A stretch of 52,928 nt of DNA, taken from the NCBI GenBank assembly GCA_024762835.1, contig JANTGP010000001.1:1-52928 (forward strand). Direction: 5' to 3'. The stretch is from Bacteroidota bacterium (GTDB lineage: Bacteria; Bacteroidota; Bacteroidia; Bacteroidales; M50B96). Shown here one piece after another: positions 28,366 to 38,542 of the stretch (the first letter of the stretch is position 1; each line of letters begins with the position of its first letter). Made by a program: the position numbers and the translations under genes. A model generated the notes under the pieces. The model ran no database searches. It was not told the DNA's origin and saw nothing but the letters and a program-made list of their open reading frames with translations.

Positions 28366-30783
28366 ATGGCTATGAACAGATCAGCTTATAAAATAATAAT
28401 TTTTATTCTTCCGCTTTTTATGCTGTTATCTTTGGCAGGATATACACAAAAAACTATTTCATACAATCAGGAAGATGCTAAGAATCTAGACCAAATAATC
28501 AGCATTGATGAGTTTAATCCTGTTTTAATGCAAAATGTAGTTTTGATAGAGCTTAATAAATTACGTCGTCAAAACGGATTAGATGAGTTTACACCTGAAC
28601 AGATACTTACACTATCTGCAAAAGATTTAGCTGGTGATATGGCTGATAAGGATTATTATAAAATCGAAGAACCGGCTAAAGTTGTTAAGATTGTCAGAGA
28701 AAACGGAGGTACTCGAAACATCAATCAGGTTGTTACAAAAGCATCGGTAAAAAAGAATTTGGAATATTTAAGTTATTCAACTCTTGCAGAAGATATTGTG
28801 GCAAAATGGAATACCGGCAAGAAAAATTCAATAATATTAAACAATAATAAATATATATTTATCGGTATTGGTGCTTCGTTAAACGAAACAGGGAAAAAGC
28901 TATATGTAGCTGCAATATTGGGAAACTATTACACTTATAACAATGGAGCAGAACTTCTTGATGGTTTTGAATATGAGTTAACTGATAAGTCTATGGGCTT
29001 AAGCCACCGGAATGAGAAAACTTGTAAGAAGATAGATAAATACGATTTAATTGATTTACAAGACGGCCTAAGCATAGAAGAGAACTCTATTTATTTTAAA
29101 ACAAACGATCTGAAAGCTTTTAAGAAAATAATAAAAAAAGACAGTAGAGATGGGCTTGCTGTTGACATTGTGCTGAAAGATCAATATCCATGTGATGGCG
29201 AAAACATTATTAACTTTGAGCAAAACAGCAGAGGAATAATGACAAAACCAATGTATGCCAATAAGATATATAGTAAAAATGAATATGAGCCTCCTGAATC
29301 AAAAAGAAAATTAATTGTAAAACTAGGTGAGTTACCTCCCGAAATAGGCAAAGATTTTGAACTGAACCTTGTTCTAATTAAAGACAAATCGTTTTGTAAA
29401 TCTATTCCTCAGTCTTTTCTTTTAGATGGCGGGTTCAAACCCTTTAAAGAGATTAAGCTTTTGGCTGATACTGTAACAATTAATTCCGACAAGTCTTTTA
29501 TCCCCGAAGCAGCAAATGACGAATTTATATTTAGAATTCCTCTCGAAAAAGGAAAATCAACATACAGCTACGAAGAAATTAAACCTTTTCTCGACGACCT
29601 AAATGCTCCTCCTTTTATTATTAATGAGGTTAATATTGCGGCTTTCTCATCATTAGAGGAATCGAGCAACAAAAGCATGATTCAGTACCATAAAAAGGCT
29701 GAAAGTATTGTTAAGGCTTTGGGCAAACATCAGGAAGAAAAATTTAAGTCGGATATTATTACTTCAAACAGTTGGAGTATATTCCGTAACGAAGTAATAG
29801 GAACCGAATATGAAAATCTGGCATTTATGGGATTTAAAGATGCTCTAAAGTATATCAAACAAAATAATATGATTGATGACTTAGAGCCTATCTTTAAAAA
29901 TGACCGTTTTGCACAGGTTCAACTAAGTGTATTATACGACTTACGAGGAGAACACGAACAAGAATATGTTTTGTTTTTATTCAATAAAGCAATTAATAAC
30001 AATAAACTTCCATTAGCTCTGTCTATTCAAAAGTATATTTCAAAAATGATTATTAAAGGTAAATATGATAATAACTCAATAATTGAACAAAGTATTCCTT
30101 TAGAAGCAAAATTTGCAGGCTTGTTAATGAACAAACTTTGGCTACAGAACAGAGCAGGCTTAATTGACAATGAATTGCTTTACAAGTCGCTGATAGAGCT
30201 AAACAAACTATCACCGGGCAATGCCTATATAAAATACAACCTACTTGCCAACGAGTTAAAATACAAAGAGTTGGGTGATGATTATCAGATTTACAAAGTT
30301 CAAAGCGATATAAACAAACTTTATAGCTCGACTATCGGACATAAAACAATGGATGCTCTAAACCTTGAATATCAGTTTAAAGTAATATCTGTATTAGACA
30401 CATTAAGCAAGCCATCGCCTCATATTATTGAGAGTCTGGATAATATAAAATCCATATTTAATCTGAACTCTGCATCATGGAAAAATTCTTTAGAGCTGGC
30501 TTACTTGTTTATAAATCATAAAGATTACGATTTTGCTGCCAGATTGCTCGATGTATTTGTTGAAGATACAAATGTTGACGAAGAACTGCTGTTTACTTAT
30601 CTGTCTTTGTGCTCGGTTATTGATAATAAATACTACTCGAAAAAATTTGAATCAGCATTAAAAAAGGCTCAAAGCATCAATAAAAATAGATACTGTGAAC
30701 TTTTCGATGGAAATCATTTTTCATTAAGGGTTTTTGAGAATCCAAATGTTAAAGAACAATACTGTAAAACTTGCGGAAAGTAA
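28366..30783 (+). CDS. Secreted protein of unknown function with an N-terminal CAP/SCP (YkwD-like) domain
   Basis: 805 aa. Signal peptide (IIIFILPLFMLLSLAGYTQ). CAP-like region (ELNKLRRQNGL...LSAKDLAGDMA...YIFIGIGAS...LYVAAILGN). The remaining ~600 aa match nothing I recognise, and the C-terminal half looks helical. Confidence 0.5.
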   Translation: MAMNRSAYKIIIFILPLFMLLSLAGYTQKTISYNQEDAKNLDQIISIDEFNPVLMQNVVLIELNKLRRQNGLDEFTPEQILTLSAKDLAGDMADKDYYKIEEPAKVVKIVRENGGTRNINQVVTKASVKKNLEYLSYSTLAEDIVAKWNTGKKNSIILNNNKYIFIGIGASLNETGKKLYVAAILGNYYTYNNGAELLDGFEYELTDKSMGLSHRNEKTCKKIDKYDLIDLQDGLSIEENSIYFKTNDLKAFKKIIKKDSRDGLAVDIVLKDQYPCDGENIINFEQNSRGIMTKPMYANKIYSKNEYEPPESKRKLIVKLGELPPEIGKDFELNLVLIKDKSFCKSIPQSFLLDGGFKPFKEIKLLADTVTINSDKSFIPEAANDEFIFRIPLEKGKSTYSYEEIKPFLDDLNAPPFIINEVNIAAFSSLEESSNKSMIQYHKKAESIVKALGKHQEEKFKSDIITSNSWSIFRNEVIGTEYENLAFMGFKDALKYIKQNNMIDDLEPIFKNDRFAQVQLSVLYDLRGEHEQEYVLFLFNKAINNNKLPLALSIQKYISKMIIKGKYDNNSIIEQSIPLEAKFAGLLMNKLWLQNRAGLIDNELLYKSLIELNKLSPGNAYIKYNLLANELKYKELGDDYQIYKVQSDINKLYSSTIGHKTMDALNLEYQFKVISVLDTLSKPSPHIIESLDNIKSIFNLNSASWKNSLELAYLFINHKDYDFAARLLDVFVEDTNVDEELLFTYLSLCSVIDNKYYSKKFESALKKAQSINKNRYCELFDGNHFSLRVFENPNVKEQYCKTCGK

Positions 30784-30902
30784 AGCATTAAAGCATAATA
30801 CACTATTATTCGCTTTTTCAGGCTCTGCGAGAAACACTTGTATTTACCAAGGATTGAATCATCTATTCTCAAGATGTGTTCTCATCGATTTTCAAAAGAC
30901 TA

Positions 30903-32963
30903 CTATTTGGCAGTAATTACAAATTCTGTTCTCCTGTTTAAAGCACGACCCTCTTCGGTCTTATTACTTGCTACGGGCATCGACTCACCAAAACCTTTTG
31001 CTATCATTCTGCTGTCATCAATTCCATGATTAGTCAAATAGTCTTTAACTGCTTTTGCCCGCCTTTTTGAAAGCAAAAGATTATCGGCAGCCGAACCAAC
31101 ATCGTCAGTATGGCCTTGAATAGCAATCTTTATTGTAGGGTTATCTTTTAAGAAATCAACAAAATTATCTAATACTATTCGGCTTGCATTATCAAACTCC
31201 GCCGAATTGGTTTCAAACAGTATATTGTGCAACCTGACAGTTATTCCAAGCTCAACAGGATCAACTTCAATTTCCAAACTATCAAAAAGTTCAACATCAT
31301 CTTCAAATTCAGGTTTTAAATATCTCGAAGTAAAAGCATATCCACTTTTCTTTATTAACATGATAAACTCTTCATCTTCTTCGTAGCTCACTGCCACAGC
31401 ATAATGGCCGGTAATTTTATCAACCATACCGGATGTTGAACGACCGGTATTTGCACTTCTCAACTCTACCTTAGCATCGGTAACTGCCTCACCCGTATCA
31501 TCTTTAAGTTTTCCTCTAACAAACATAACTTTTTCGGGGCGAGCTTCTTTGTACAGATCAAATGAATAAATATCCCAACCGCCAACACCTTTCATATTAT
31601 TTGAAGAGAAATAGGCTGTTTTACCATCTGTACTAACAATAAAGCCTAACTCATCTTTCTCAGTATTTATCGGATAACCAATATTTTTTGGTTCCGACCA
31701 ATTTATAGAATCGAGCTTTTTTGAATAAAATATATCATAACCCCCAACACCACCATGACCATTTGAAGCAAAATACAATGTCTTGCTATCCGAATGAAGA
31801 AAAGGTGATTTATCATCGCCGGGTGAATTGATAACAGAGCCTAAATTTACCGCCTTTTGCCAATTTCCATTAGCATCACGCTGAGACATGTAAATATCAG
31901 AGGTTTGATTATAATAATCAAAAGCAATATTCTCTTTCCTTATGCTGGCAAAATACAAAGTATTTCCATCAGCTGATATACTGGGTTGACTTTCCCATGT
32001 ATTATCATTGTTTATGTTTGGCCCTAAGTTCTTAAATTCAGTCCAATAACCATCTTCATAATCAGATGAATAAATATCGCAATTATTATAAGCCCCATTA
32101 GTAGCAGAAGTAAAAGTACAAATGGTCATAAAAATATGGTTATTGTCAATTGTAACAGCTGCTGCACCCTGATTTTCTCCTTGATTAAATGGTTCAGGCA
32201 TTTTTTGTCCACCCGAATAAACCTGATAACCATCTTTATCTTCCAGCTTTCTGCTTATGGTAAATATCTCTTGTTGTTTCTGAATGGTTGTATATTTGTC
32301 GTAATCCTGAAAACGATGTACAAAGAACAATAAACTACCATCTGGACTTATTAGCGGTAGGTATTCATCTTCCTTAGTTGAGACGCCTTTTAAAGGTTTA
32401 GGATTAAACGGAACGGGTGTATGTATTAATTCGAGATAAGCCCTCATCTTATCAAGCATATTGTTTGCTTCAGCAATATCCTGTGTGCTTCTTTTATTAT
32501 TACTGATAAACTTATTTAGATAATTCTGTGCTTTTTCGTATTCCTTACGTTGGTAATGATATTTTCCAAGAAAAAAGTATGAATAATAATAATCAAAGGC
32601 CGGACAGGTTTCTGTTACTTTTTCGTAATAATTATATGCACGCTTCAAATACTTTTGCTTTGAGTTGGCTATATCATTAGTTGAATTCTCGGCTCTGTTT
32701 TTATTAATATCAGCCAATATATACCATGCTTCGGCAAATTCAGGCTCAATCTTTACAACTTCGAGCAACAAATCATAAGATTCTTTTGCCTTATATTTTG
32801 GAAGAGACATTGCCTTATCAAATTTCTTCCGAGCTTTTCTGCTGCTCAATTCATCACAACCAAAATCATCTTGTCCAAATGCACTTATCGTTATAAAAGA
32901 AAAAACAAATACTAATATGAAAGTAACTTGCAGATAATTAATATGTTTTTTTGATTTATTCAT
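30903..32963 (-). CDS. OmpA-family protein with TPR, TolB-like beta-propeller and CarboxypepD_reg-like domains
   Basis: C-terminal OmpA_C motif (NILFETNSAEF...GHTDDVGS...NLLLSKRRAKAV...NRRTEFVI). PD40-type repeats (SPDGSLLFF, SADGNTLYFAS, SDSKTLYFASN, STDGKTAYFSSN). N-terminal TPR region. The ATG at 32963 (MNKSKKHINYLQ...) is preferred over the upstream extension to 33059. Confidence 0.75.
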   Translation of the reverse strand: MNKSKKHINYLQVTFILVFVFSFITISAFGQDDFGCDELSSRKARKKFDKAMSLPKYKAKESYDLLLEVVKIEPEFAEAWYILADINKNRAENSTNDIANSKQKYLKRAYNYYEKVTETCPAFDYYYSYFFLGKYHYQRKEYEKAQNYLNKFISNNKRSTQDIAEANNMLDKMRAYLELIHTPVPFNPKPLKGVSTKEDEYLPLISPDGSLLFFVHRFQDYDKYTTIQKQQEIFTISRKLEDKDGYQVYSGGQKMPEPFNQGENQGAAAVTIDNNHIFMTICTFTSATNGAYNNCDIYSSDYEDGYWTEFKNLGPNINNDNTWESQPSISADGNTLYFASIRKENIAFDYYNQTSDIYMSQRDANGNWQKAVNLGSVINSPGDDKSPFLHSDSKTLYFASNGHGGVGGYDIFYSKKLDSINWSEPKNIGYPINTEKDELGFIVSTDGKTAYFSSNNMKGVGGWDIYSFDLYKEARPEKVMFVRGKLKDDTGEAVTDAKVELRSANTGRSTSGMVDKITGHYAVAVSYEEDEEFIMLIKKSGYAFTSRYLKPEFEDDVELFDSLEIEVDPVELGITVRLHNILFETNSAEFDNASRIVLDNFVDFLKDNPTIKIAIQGHTDDVGSAADNLLLSKRRAKAVKDYLTNHGIDDSRMIAKGFGESMPVASNKTEEGRALNRRTEFVITAK

Positions 32964-33080
32964 TGAACTTACAAAAGTATAATAAAAACGCTTCGGATGT
33001 ACTACTTTTGCAGCATTATTGAGAATAAAATGAATTAGCTGATTTGATACCGGAAACAATAGACAATATGACTAAAAAGT

Positions 33081-35834
33081 CTAAATCTTACCGGCTTCAG
33101 CCTTTGCCTTATTCATTATTTCATCTGCTTTATTGTCTGCAGTTTTAATAACATCAGCGGCTTTTTTCTCTCCTTCAGCTTTTATCTTATTTGCTGCCTT
33201 TCGTGCCAGATTCTTTTTTATTATCGATTTGTTTTTTGCAGCATCAATTACTTCCCCGGCTTTTTTATCAGCTTCTGATTTTATCTTCTCAGCCGCTTTT
33301 CTGGCATTTGCCTTTACCATATCAGCCTGCTTTTGGGCATTTTGCAAGATTTGTTCTGCCTGCTTATCGGCTTCCTCTTTCAGTCTATCTTTTCCATCAT
33401 TAACTTTATCATTAGCAATACTTTTAATATTGCTAACTGCATTATCAGTAATACTTCCGGTACCAAATGAAATCTCAGGTTTATCCAAACTACCCCTAAC
33501 AAATATATCAACATTAATATTTTCGCCAGCAAATCTGTCAACTGTTCCTGGAATCAAACTATTAAGATTAGTGCCCAGAGCAGAGCGGGGAATATTCATT
33601 GCCAAAGTATAATCAATACTTCCATCAATATTTTGTTTGCCGGAAATCTCAGTTTCGTAACCTGCAATTTTTGTTTTGAAAGGCTCAATATCGATTGTAC
33701 CGTCCTTCATCTCATAATTTATATTAACATCTTGTAAAGTCGGGTTCGCTATGGCTGAAGACTTTAGCTTGTCAGCAATATTATTAAATATGAATGTATT
33801 TACAATCTTTATTTCTTTAGATTTAAATTTACCACTGCTATTGACAGTATTTAATACAGGTTTCATTTCTTTATTCAAGATACTGTTTAGTGTTAAGCCT
33901 CCCGATAGTTTTCCGTTTGAATATTTTGCAAGAGGTGCAAGTTTTTGAACAGATATGAAACTTTCATAAGTTTTTGGAATATCAATATTTAATATATCAA
34001 TAGAAAAATCCACAGCCGGTCTGCTAATATCTCTCGAATCGTAATAACCATTTAAAAGCATTGAGCCGCCAAGCATATCCATACTCACCTTATCTAAATC
34101 AAGCTTTCCGTCTTCAATCTTTATTAAGCCGTATAAATTATCAATAACAAGTTTATCGTAATAAACTTTTTTTAATGATGAGGTAAAACTAAAGTTGATA
34201 TTGCGAGGTAATTCAATGGCGGAAATACTTGTTGTATCTTCCGGCAAACTGTTATCGGCTTGCTCTTCGTCGCTTTGCATCAGCTGATTGAGATTTATAA
34301 GTTCCGATTTCATTTCAAGTGAACCCAGCAGATTCTCATCTTTGAAAAACCAAAGAAGATAATTGTTAATTACACCTTTAAAGCTAAAATCGCTTTCGCC
34401 CATAAAAGCATCACATTGTTCTAATATAATTCTTTCAGGAGAGAAACTCATAGCAAGATTATTAATAGCTAAATCTGCCGGTAAGTCATAGCTTTTATAT
34501 TCAAAACCTTTTAAAGAAAGTAGCCCATTGGCAGCAAATTTATAATAGTCTTCTTTTTCAATGTCTGAAATTGCACCCATTAGTTTTATGGTAGAGTTCA
34601 TTTTACCTTTCATAGAGAAATCTTCAAGTGGAATTACATCACTTAGACTTTCAAAAAGTATATTAGCAGATATTTCTCCGTTTATTTTTGGGTCATTCAC
34701 CGGATTATCAATCAACATTTGCATATCAAAAGTATTCTGTCCCAAGTCAATATGAAATTTATTAATATCAAGCTTAGTATAATCAATATTTCCCCCGGGG
34801 TTATTTAAATCCATATCTACATTAATATTTTCAGCAGATCGGGGCAAGCCGGGATATTTAAAAAGGGCATTATTAATTTTAAAATTCACGTCAAAAGCCG
34901 GAATGCTATTATCGCTATATCTTCCCTTTAATAAAGCATTAAAAGAAAATTGCCCTATTGTTTCAAGCTCTTTATAATCGTTGTAATAAATTGCCGGGAT
35001 AAGAGAAAGGATATGCTTAAACTTGGTATCAGGTGTTGTGCATTTGATATCCATATTAATATCGTCTTCAGGCATGCTAATATCACCTTCGAAAACTATT
35101 GGGAATTGATTTAGCATAAGTTTGTTGCTAAGAAAAGTAAAAGCAAAGTTGTCGAGGTCGGCTTTAATATTACCGGTAAAATTCACATTTGTTGAGTTAA
35201 AGTATCCTAAGCCTTCATAAACCAAATCAAAGCTATTAATCATGGTGGCAATTTGCAGATTTGTTGTGCTCTCACTCAAATCGCCAGCCAAATGTGCATT
35301 TATATCTTTCATTCTTACAAGCATATCCATTTCTTTATCATCGTAAACAATGCTTGAATTATTGATATTAAAATCTTTCAATGAAATAACAAAAGCTGTT
35401 GAATTAGCACTTGAATCTACTGGCACATCTTCATCACTTTCTTTTGTAATATCCCAATTTGCAGTACCATCACCAAGGACATGAACAAATAAGTCCATAT
35501 TATCTATTTCAATTTTCTTTATTGAGATATTATCACCCGAAATAACCGTAAACAAATCCAGTTTTAATAACAATGAAGAAAAAGTGACCAAAGTATCACC
35601 ATCAAATGGTTGATTACAAACAACTGTCAAATCATTAAGCTCTAATGAAAAATCAGGAAAATGCTTTATTAAGGATAAGCTTAAATCACTAAATTCAACT
35701 TTAGCATTCAGATTATTATTAATCTCTGTCTTTACGGCATCCACAATTTTACTTTGAAACAAAATTGGAAGTCCAAATAGAATAATTAAGATTGATAAAA
35801 CTACAATAAGTGAGATATACAGGATTCTTTTCAT
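33081..35834 (-). CDS. AsmA-family outer-membrane biogenesis protein with a K/A-rich repeat tail
   Basis: About 917 aa from the ATG at 35834 (MKRILYISLIVVLSILIILFGL, an N-terminal anchor). Long beta-rich body, as in AsmA/TamB-like proteins. The track start at 35918 is a GTG and contains the -7 box. Confidence 0.55.
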   Translation of the reverse strand: MKRILYISLIVVLSILIILFGLPILFQSKIVDAVKTEINNNLNAKVEFSDLSLSLIKHFPDFSLELNDLTVVCNQPFDGDTLVTFSSLLLKLDLFTVISGDNISIKKIEIDNMDLFVHVLGDGTANWDITKESDEDVPVDSSANSTAFVISLKDFNINNSSIVYDDKEMDMLVRMKDINAHLAGDLSESTTNLQIATMINSFDLVYEGLGYFNSTNVNFTGNIKADLDNFAFTFLSNKLMLNQFPIVFEGDISMPEDDINMDIKCTTPDTKFKHILSLIPAIYYNDYKELETIGQFSFNALLKGRYSDNSIPAFDVNFKINNALFKYPGLPRSAENINVDMDLNNPGGNIDYTKLDINKFHIDLGQNTFDMQMLIDNPVNDPKINGEISANILFESLSDVIPLEDFSMKGKMNSTIKLMGAISDIEKEDYYKFAANGLLSLKGFEYKSYDLPADLAINNLAMSFSPERIILEQCDAFMGESDFSFKGVINNYLLWFFKDENLLGSLEMKSELINLNQLMQSDEEQADNSLPEDTTSISAIELPRNINFSFTSSLKKVYYDKLVIDNLYGLIKIEDGKLDLDKVSMDMLGGSMLLNGYYDSRDISRPAVDFSIDILNIDIPKTYESFISVQKLAPLAKYSNGKLSGGLTLNSILNKEMKPVLNTVNSSGKFKSKEIKIVNTFIFNNIADKLKSSAIANPTLQDVNINYEMKDGTIDIEPFKTKIAGYETEISGKQNIDGSIDYTLAMNIPRSALGTNLNSLIPGTVDRFAGENINVDIFVRGSLDKPEISFGTGSITDNAVSNIKSIANDKVNDGKDRLKEEADKQAEQILQNAQKQADMVKANARKAAEKIKSEADKKAGEVIDAAKNKSIIKKNLARKAANKIKAEGEKKAADVIKTADNKADEIMNKAKAEAGKI
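33084..33395 (-). repeat. Lys/Ala-rich amphipathic repeat tail (about 3 x 33 aa) at the C-terminus of the AsmA-like protein
   Basis: KAAEKIKSEADKKAGEVIDAAKNKSIIKKNLAR versus KAANKIKAEGEKKAADVIKTADNKADEIMNKAK are about 60% identical. They are preceded by a more diverged copy (DKQAEQILQNAQKQADMVKANAR). Confidence 0.6.
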
Positions 35835-35872
35835 GTCGAATGTTAGATTAGCAATGAACAATATTAAGAATA

Positions 35873-35880
35873 CAAAGATA
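35873..35880 (-). promoter_or_regulatory. Bacteroidota -7 box (TATCTTTG on the minus strand) upstream of the AsmA-like gene
   Basis: Perfect TAnnTTTG, 38 nt upstream of the ATG at 35834. Confidence 0.4.
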
Positions 35881-36047
35881 ATACTTCTTTCAAGTTTTCT
35901 TATATAATGGTTTTGCACTGTACGGATAGGATGAAGAGCTGACGTTCTATCAGATTAAATCAGAAGATTGTCTATAAAGCTAATTACCAATTTATGTAAC
36001 AGAATTAAAAATTTAGCGTTAAATTCTTTAAACAAGTTTAACATTGC

Positions 36048-36055
36048 TAATTTTG
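36048..36055 (+). promoter_or_regulatory. Bacteroidota -7 box TAATTTTG upstream of murF-alr
   Basis: Perfect TAnnTTTG, 24 nt before the ATG at 36080. It lies inside the track's longer ORF from 36044, which argues for the ATG at 36080. Confidence 0.45.
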
Positions 36056-36079
36056 CAGAATCATTATATATTTAACTAT

Positions 36080-38542
36080 ATGCCGGAATATAAAATAAAA
36101 GAAATAGCAAAGATTCTCGACTCACCCTATTCAGGAAGACTAAATCCCGCTATCAGGACACTTGTAACGGATAGCCGAACATTTATCACCCCCGAAGATT
36201 CGCTTTTTTTTGCTTTGATTGGCGTACATCACGATGGACATAACTATATAAGCGAGTTATATGACAAAGGTGTGAGATATTTTGTGGTAAGTACAATGCC
36301 GGCAAATATTGATGAATACAAGAATGCAGGTTTTATTCATGTTAAAGATACACTGGCCGCCTTACAAAAGCTTGCAGCATATCACAGACATCAATTTGAG
36401 ATTCCGGTTATAGGTATTACAGGAAGTAACGGAAAAACAATAGTGAAAGAGTGGCTTTTCCAGCTGATGGGTAAAGACAAAAAGATAATTCGCAGTCCGA
36501 AGAGTTATAACTCACAGATTGGTGTACCTTTATCTGTTTGGCAAATGGAAAAAGAACATGAACTTGCAATATTTGAAGCAGGTATTTCCAGTGTAAACGA
36601 GATGCAAAATCTAGAGAAAATCATTTCACCTACTATTGGTATTTTTACAAATATAGGTGATGCCCATCAACAAAATTTTATTGATTATCGCCATAAGATC
36701 TCCGAAAAGCTAAAACTCTTTTCAAACACCGAGATATTAATTTACTGTAGAGATTATTCGCTTATCGAAAGCCAGATAAAATCAAGTAATCAGTTCGAGG
36801 ACACTCAATTATTTACATGGTCTCAGAAATTTCCTGCTGATTTATTTATCCTGAATATTGAAAATAAAAGAAGCAATACATATATTCAAGGAAAATTTAA
36901 CAATGAAGTTATTGAGATTAAGATACCATTTATTGATGATGCTTCAATTGAGAACGCTATTCATTGTTGGGCATTGATGCTTCTTGCATATGATAATGAT
37001 TCGATAAAGAAAAGGATGTCGCAATTACAAGCTGTTGCAATGCGACTTGAGCTAAAAGAAGGAATAAATAATTGCACTATAATAAATGACAGCTACAACT
37101 CTGATTTGGGTTCTCTTTCAATTGCTCTCGATTTTCTTAACCAGCAAAACCAGCACAAAAATAAAACTCTTATTATTTCAGATATTCTGCAAAGCGGAAA
37201 AGATGAGACAGGTTTATATAAAGAGATTGCCGACCTAGCCGGCCATAAAAAAGTTAGCCGTTTAATTGGAATTGGTGAAGCCATATCGAGAAATAGTAAT
37301 TTCTTTAAATTACCTTCATCCTTTTACAAAGACACCGACAGTTTTCTTAATAAAATAAGCAAGGAAGACTTTAAGGATGAGACTATTCTACTTAAAGGCT
37401 CACGTATGTTTGAGTTTGAAAAAATCTCAAATTATATTCAACAAAAAGCACATAGAACAGTTCTTGAGATTGATTTAAATGCCATGATAAGCAATCTTAA
37501 TTATTTTAGGTCAAAGCTAAAATCAGGAACAAAAATAATGGCTATGGTAAAAGCCTTTTCCTATGGCAGCGGAACTTTCGAAATAGCCAATATTCTTCAA
37601 TATCATAAGATTGATTACCTTGGTGTAGCTTTCGCTGACGAAGGTGTTGCTCTACGAAAATCAGGAATCTCGGTACCAATAATTGTCATGAATCCCGAAG
37701 AGCAGAGCTTTGAATCGATAATAGAATATAATCTTGAACCCGAGATTTACAGTCTGAAAGTACTGAAAAGCTTTGCAATTGCTGCCACAAGATATAGTGT
37801 AAACTCATATCCCATTCATATTAAATTAGAAACAGGAATGAACAGAACAGGTTTTACTGATGCTGAACTTCCTGATTTAATCACAACTTTAAAAGAGCAC
37901 TCTCATCTGTTACTTGTATCGGTTTTCTCTCATCTGGCAGCAAGTGAACAAGAAATACATGATGATTTTACAAAATCTCAGGTTGATAGATTTCTTCAAA
38001 TGAGCGATAAACTTATAAGTATTTTCCCGCATCGTATTTCAAAACATATTCTTAATTCGGCTGGTATAGAAAGGTTTCCCGAATATCAGTTCGACATGGT
38101 TCGTTTAGGAATTGGGCTTTATGGAGTAAGTACTGTCGAAGGAAATAAACTCACTAATGTTAGCACTTTAAAAAGCAGAATATCTCAAATTAAAAATGTA
38201 TCCGCAGGCGAAACCGTAGGCTATGGTTTAAAAGGTCTGGTTAATAGAAATTCTAAAATAGGCATTATCCCTGTTGGATATTCCGATGGATTAAGACGGA
38301 GTTTAAGCAATGGTGTTGGTACAGTTTGCATTAACAAAACCAAAGTGCCGATTATTGGAAATATTTGTATGGATATGTGTATGGTTGATATTACTGATAT
38401 TGAAGCTGAAGAAGGTGATGAGGTTATTATTTTTGGGGGAAATGCACCAATATATGAAATGGCCAAGACATTAAATACAATTCCTTACGAGATTATGACC
38501 GGAATATCATCACGTGTAAAGAGAATATATATATATGAGTAA
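36080..38542 (+). CDS. Bifunctional UDP-N-acetylmuramoyl-tripeptide--D-Ala-D-Ala ligase (MurF) / alanine racemase (Alr) fusion
   Basis: N-terminal half is a Mur ligase (GITGSNGKTIVKEW P-loop). C-terminal half is an alanine racemase (PLP-lysine AMVKAFSYGSG, and ...MVRLGIGLYG). This fusion is common in Bacteroidota. Confidence 0.9.
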   Translation: MPEYKIKEIAKILDSPYSGRLNPAIRTLVTDSRTFITPEDSLFFALIGVHHDGHNYISELYDKGVRYFVVSTMPANIDEYKNAGFIHVKDTLAALQKLAAYHRHQFEIPVIGITGSNGKTIVKEWLFQLMGKDKKIIRSPKSYNSQIGVPLSVWQMEKEHELAIFEAGISSVNEMQNLEKIISPTIGIFTNIGDAHQQNFIDYRHKISEKLKLFSNTEILIYCRDYSLIESQIKSSNQFEDTQLFTWSQKFPADLFILNIENKRSNTYIQGKFNNEVIEIKIPFIDDASIENAIHCWALMLLAYDNDSIKKRMSQLQAVAMRLELKEGINNCTIINDSYNSDLGSLSIALDFLNQQNQHKNKTLIISDILQSGKDETGLYKEIADLAGHKKVSRLIGIGEAISRNSNFFKLPSSFYKDTDSFLNKISKEDFKDETILLKGSRMFEFEKISNYIQQKAHRTVLEIDLNAMISNLNYFRSKLKSGTKIMAMVKAFSYGSGTFEIANILQYHKIDYLGVAFADEGVALRKSGISVPIIVMNPEEQSFESIIEYNLEPEIYSLKVLKSFAIAATRYSVNSYPIHIKLETGMNRTGFTDAELPDLITTLKEHSHLLLVSVFSHLAASEQEIHDDFTKSQVDRFLQMSDKLISIFPHRISKHILNSAGIERFPEYQFDMVRLGIGLYGVSTVEGNKLTNVSTLKSRISQIKNVSAGETVGYGLKGLVNRNSKIGIIPVGYSDGLRRSLSNGVGTVCINKTKVPIIGNICMDMCMVDITDIEAEEGDEVIIFGGNAPIYEMAKTLNTIPYEIMTGISSRVKRIYIYE

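Noticed and set aside
33133-33612. 159-aa and 70-aa plus-strand ORFs opposite the 3' end of the AsmA-like gene.
   Set aside because: They are antisense shadows of the Lys/Ala-rich repeat (GCN/AAR codons read backwards give Phe/Ala/Ser-rich junk). The minus-strand frame carries the coherent protein.
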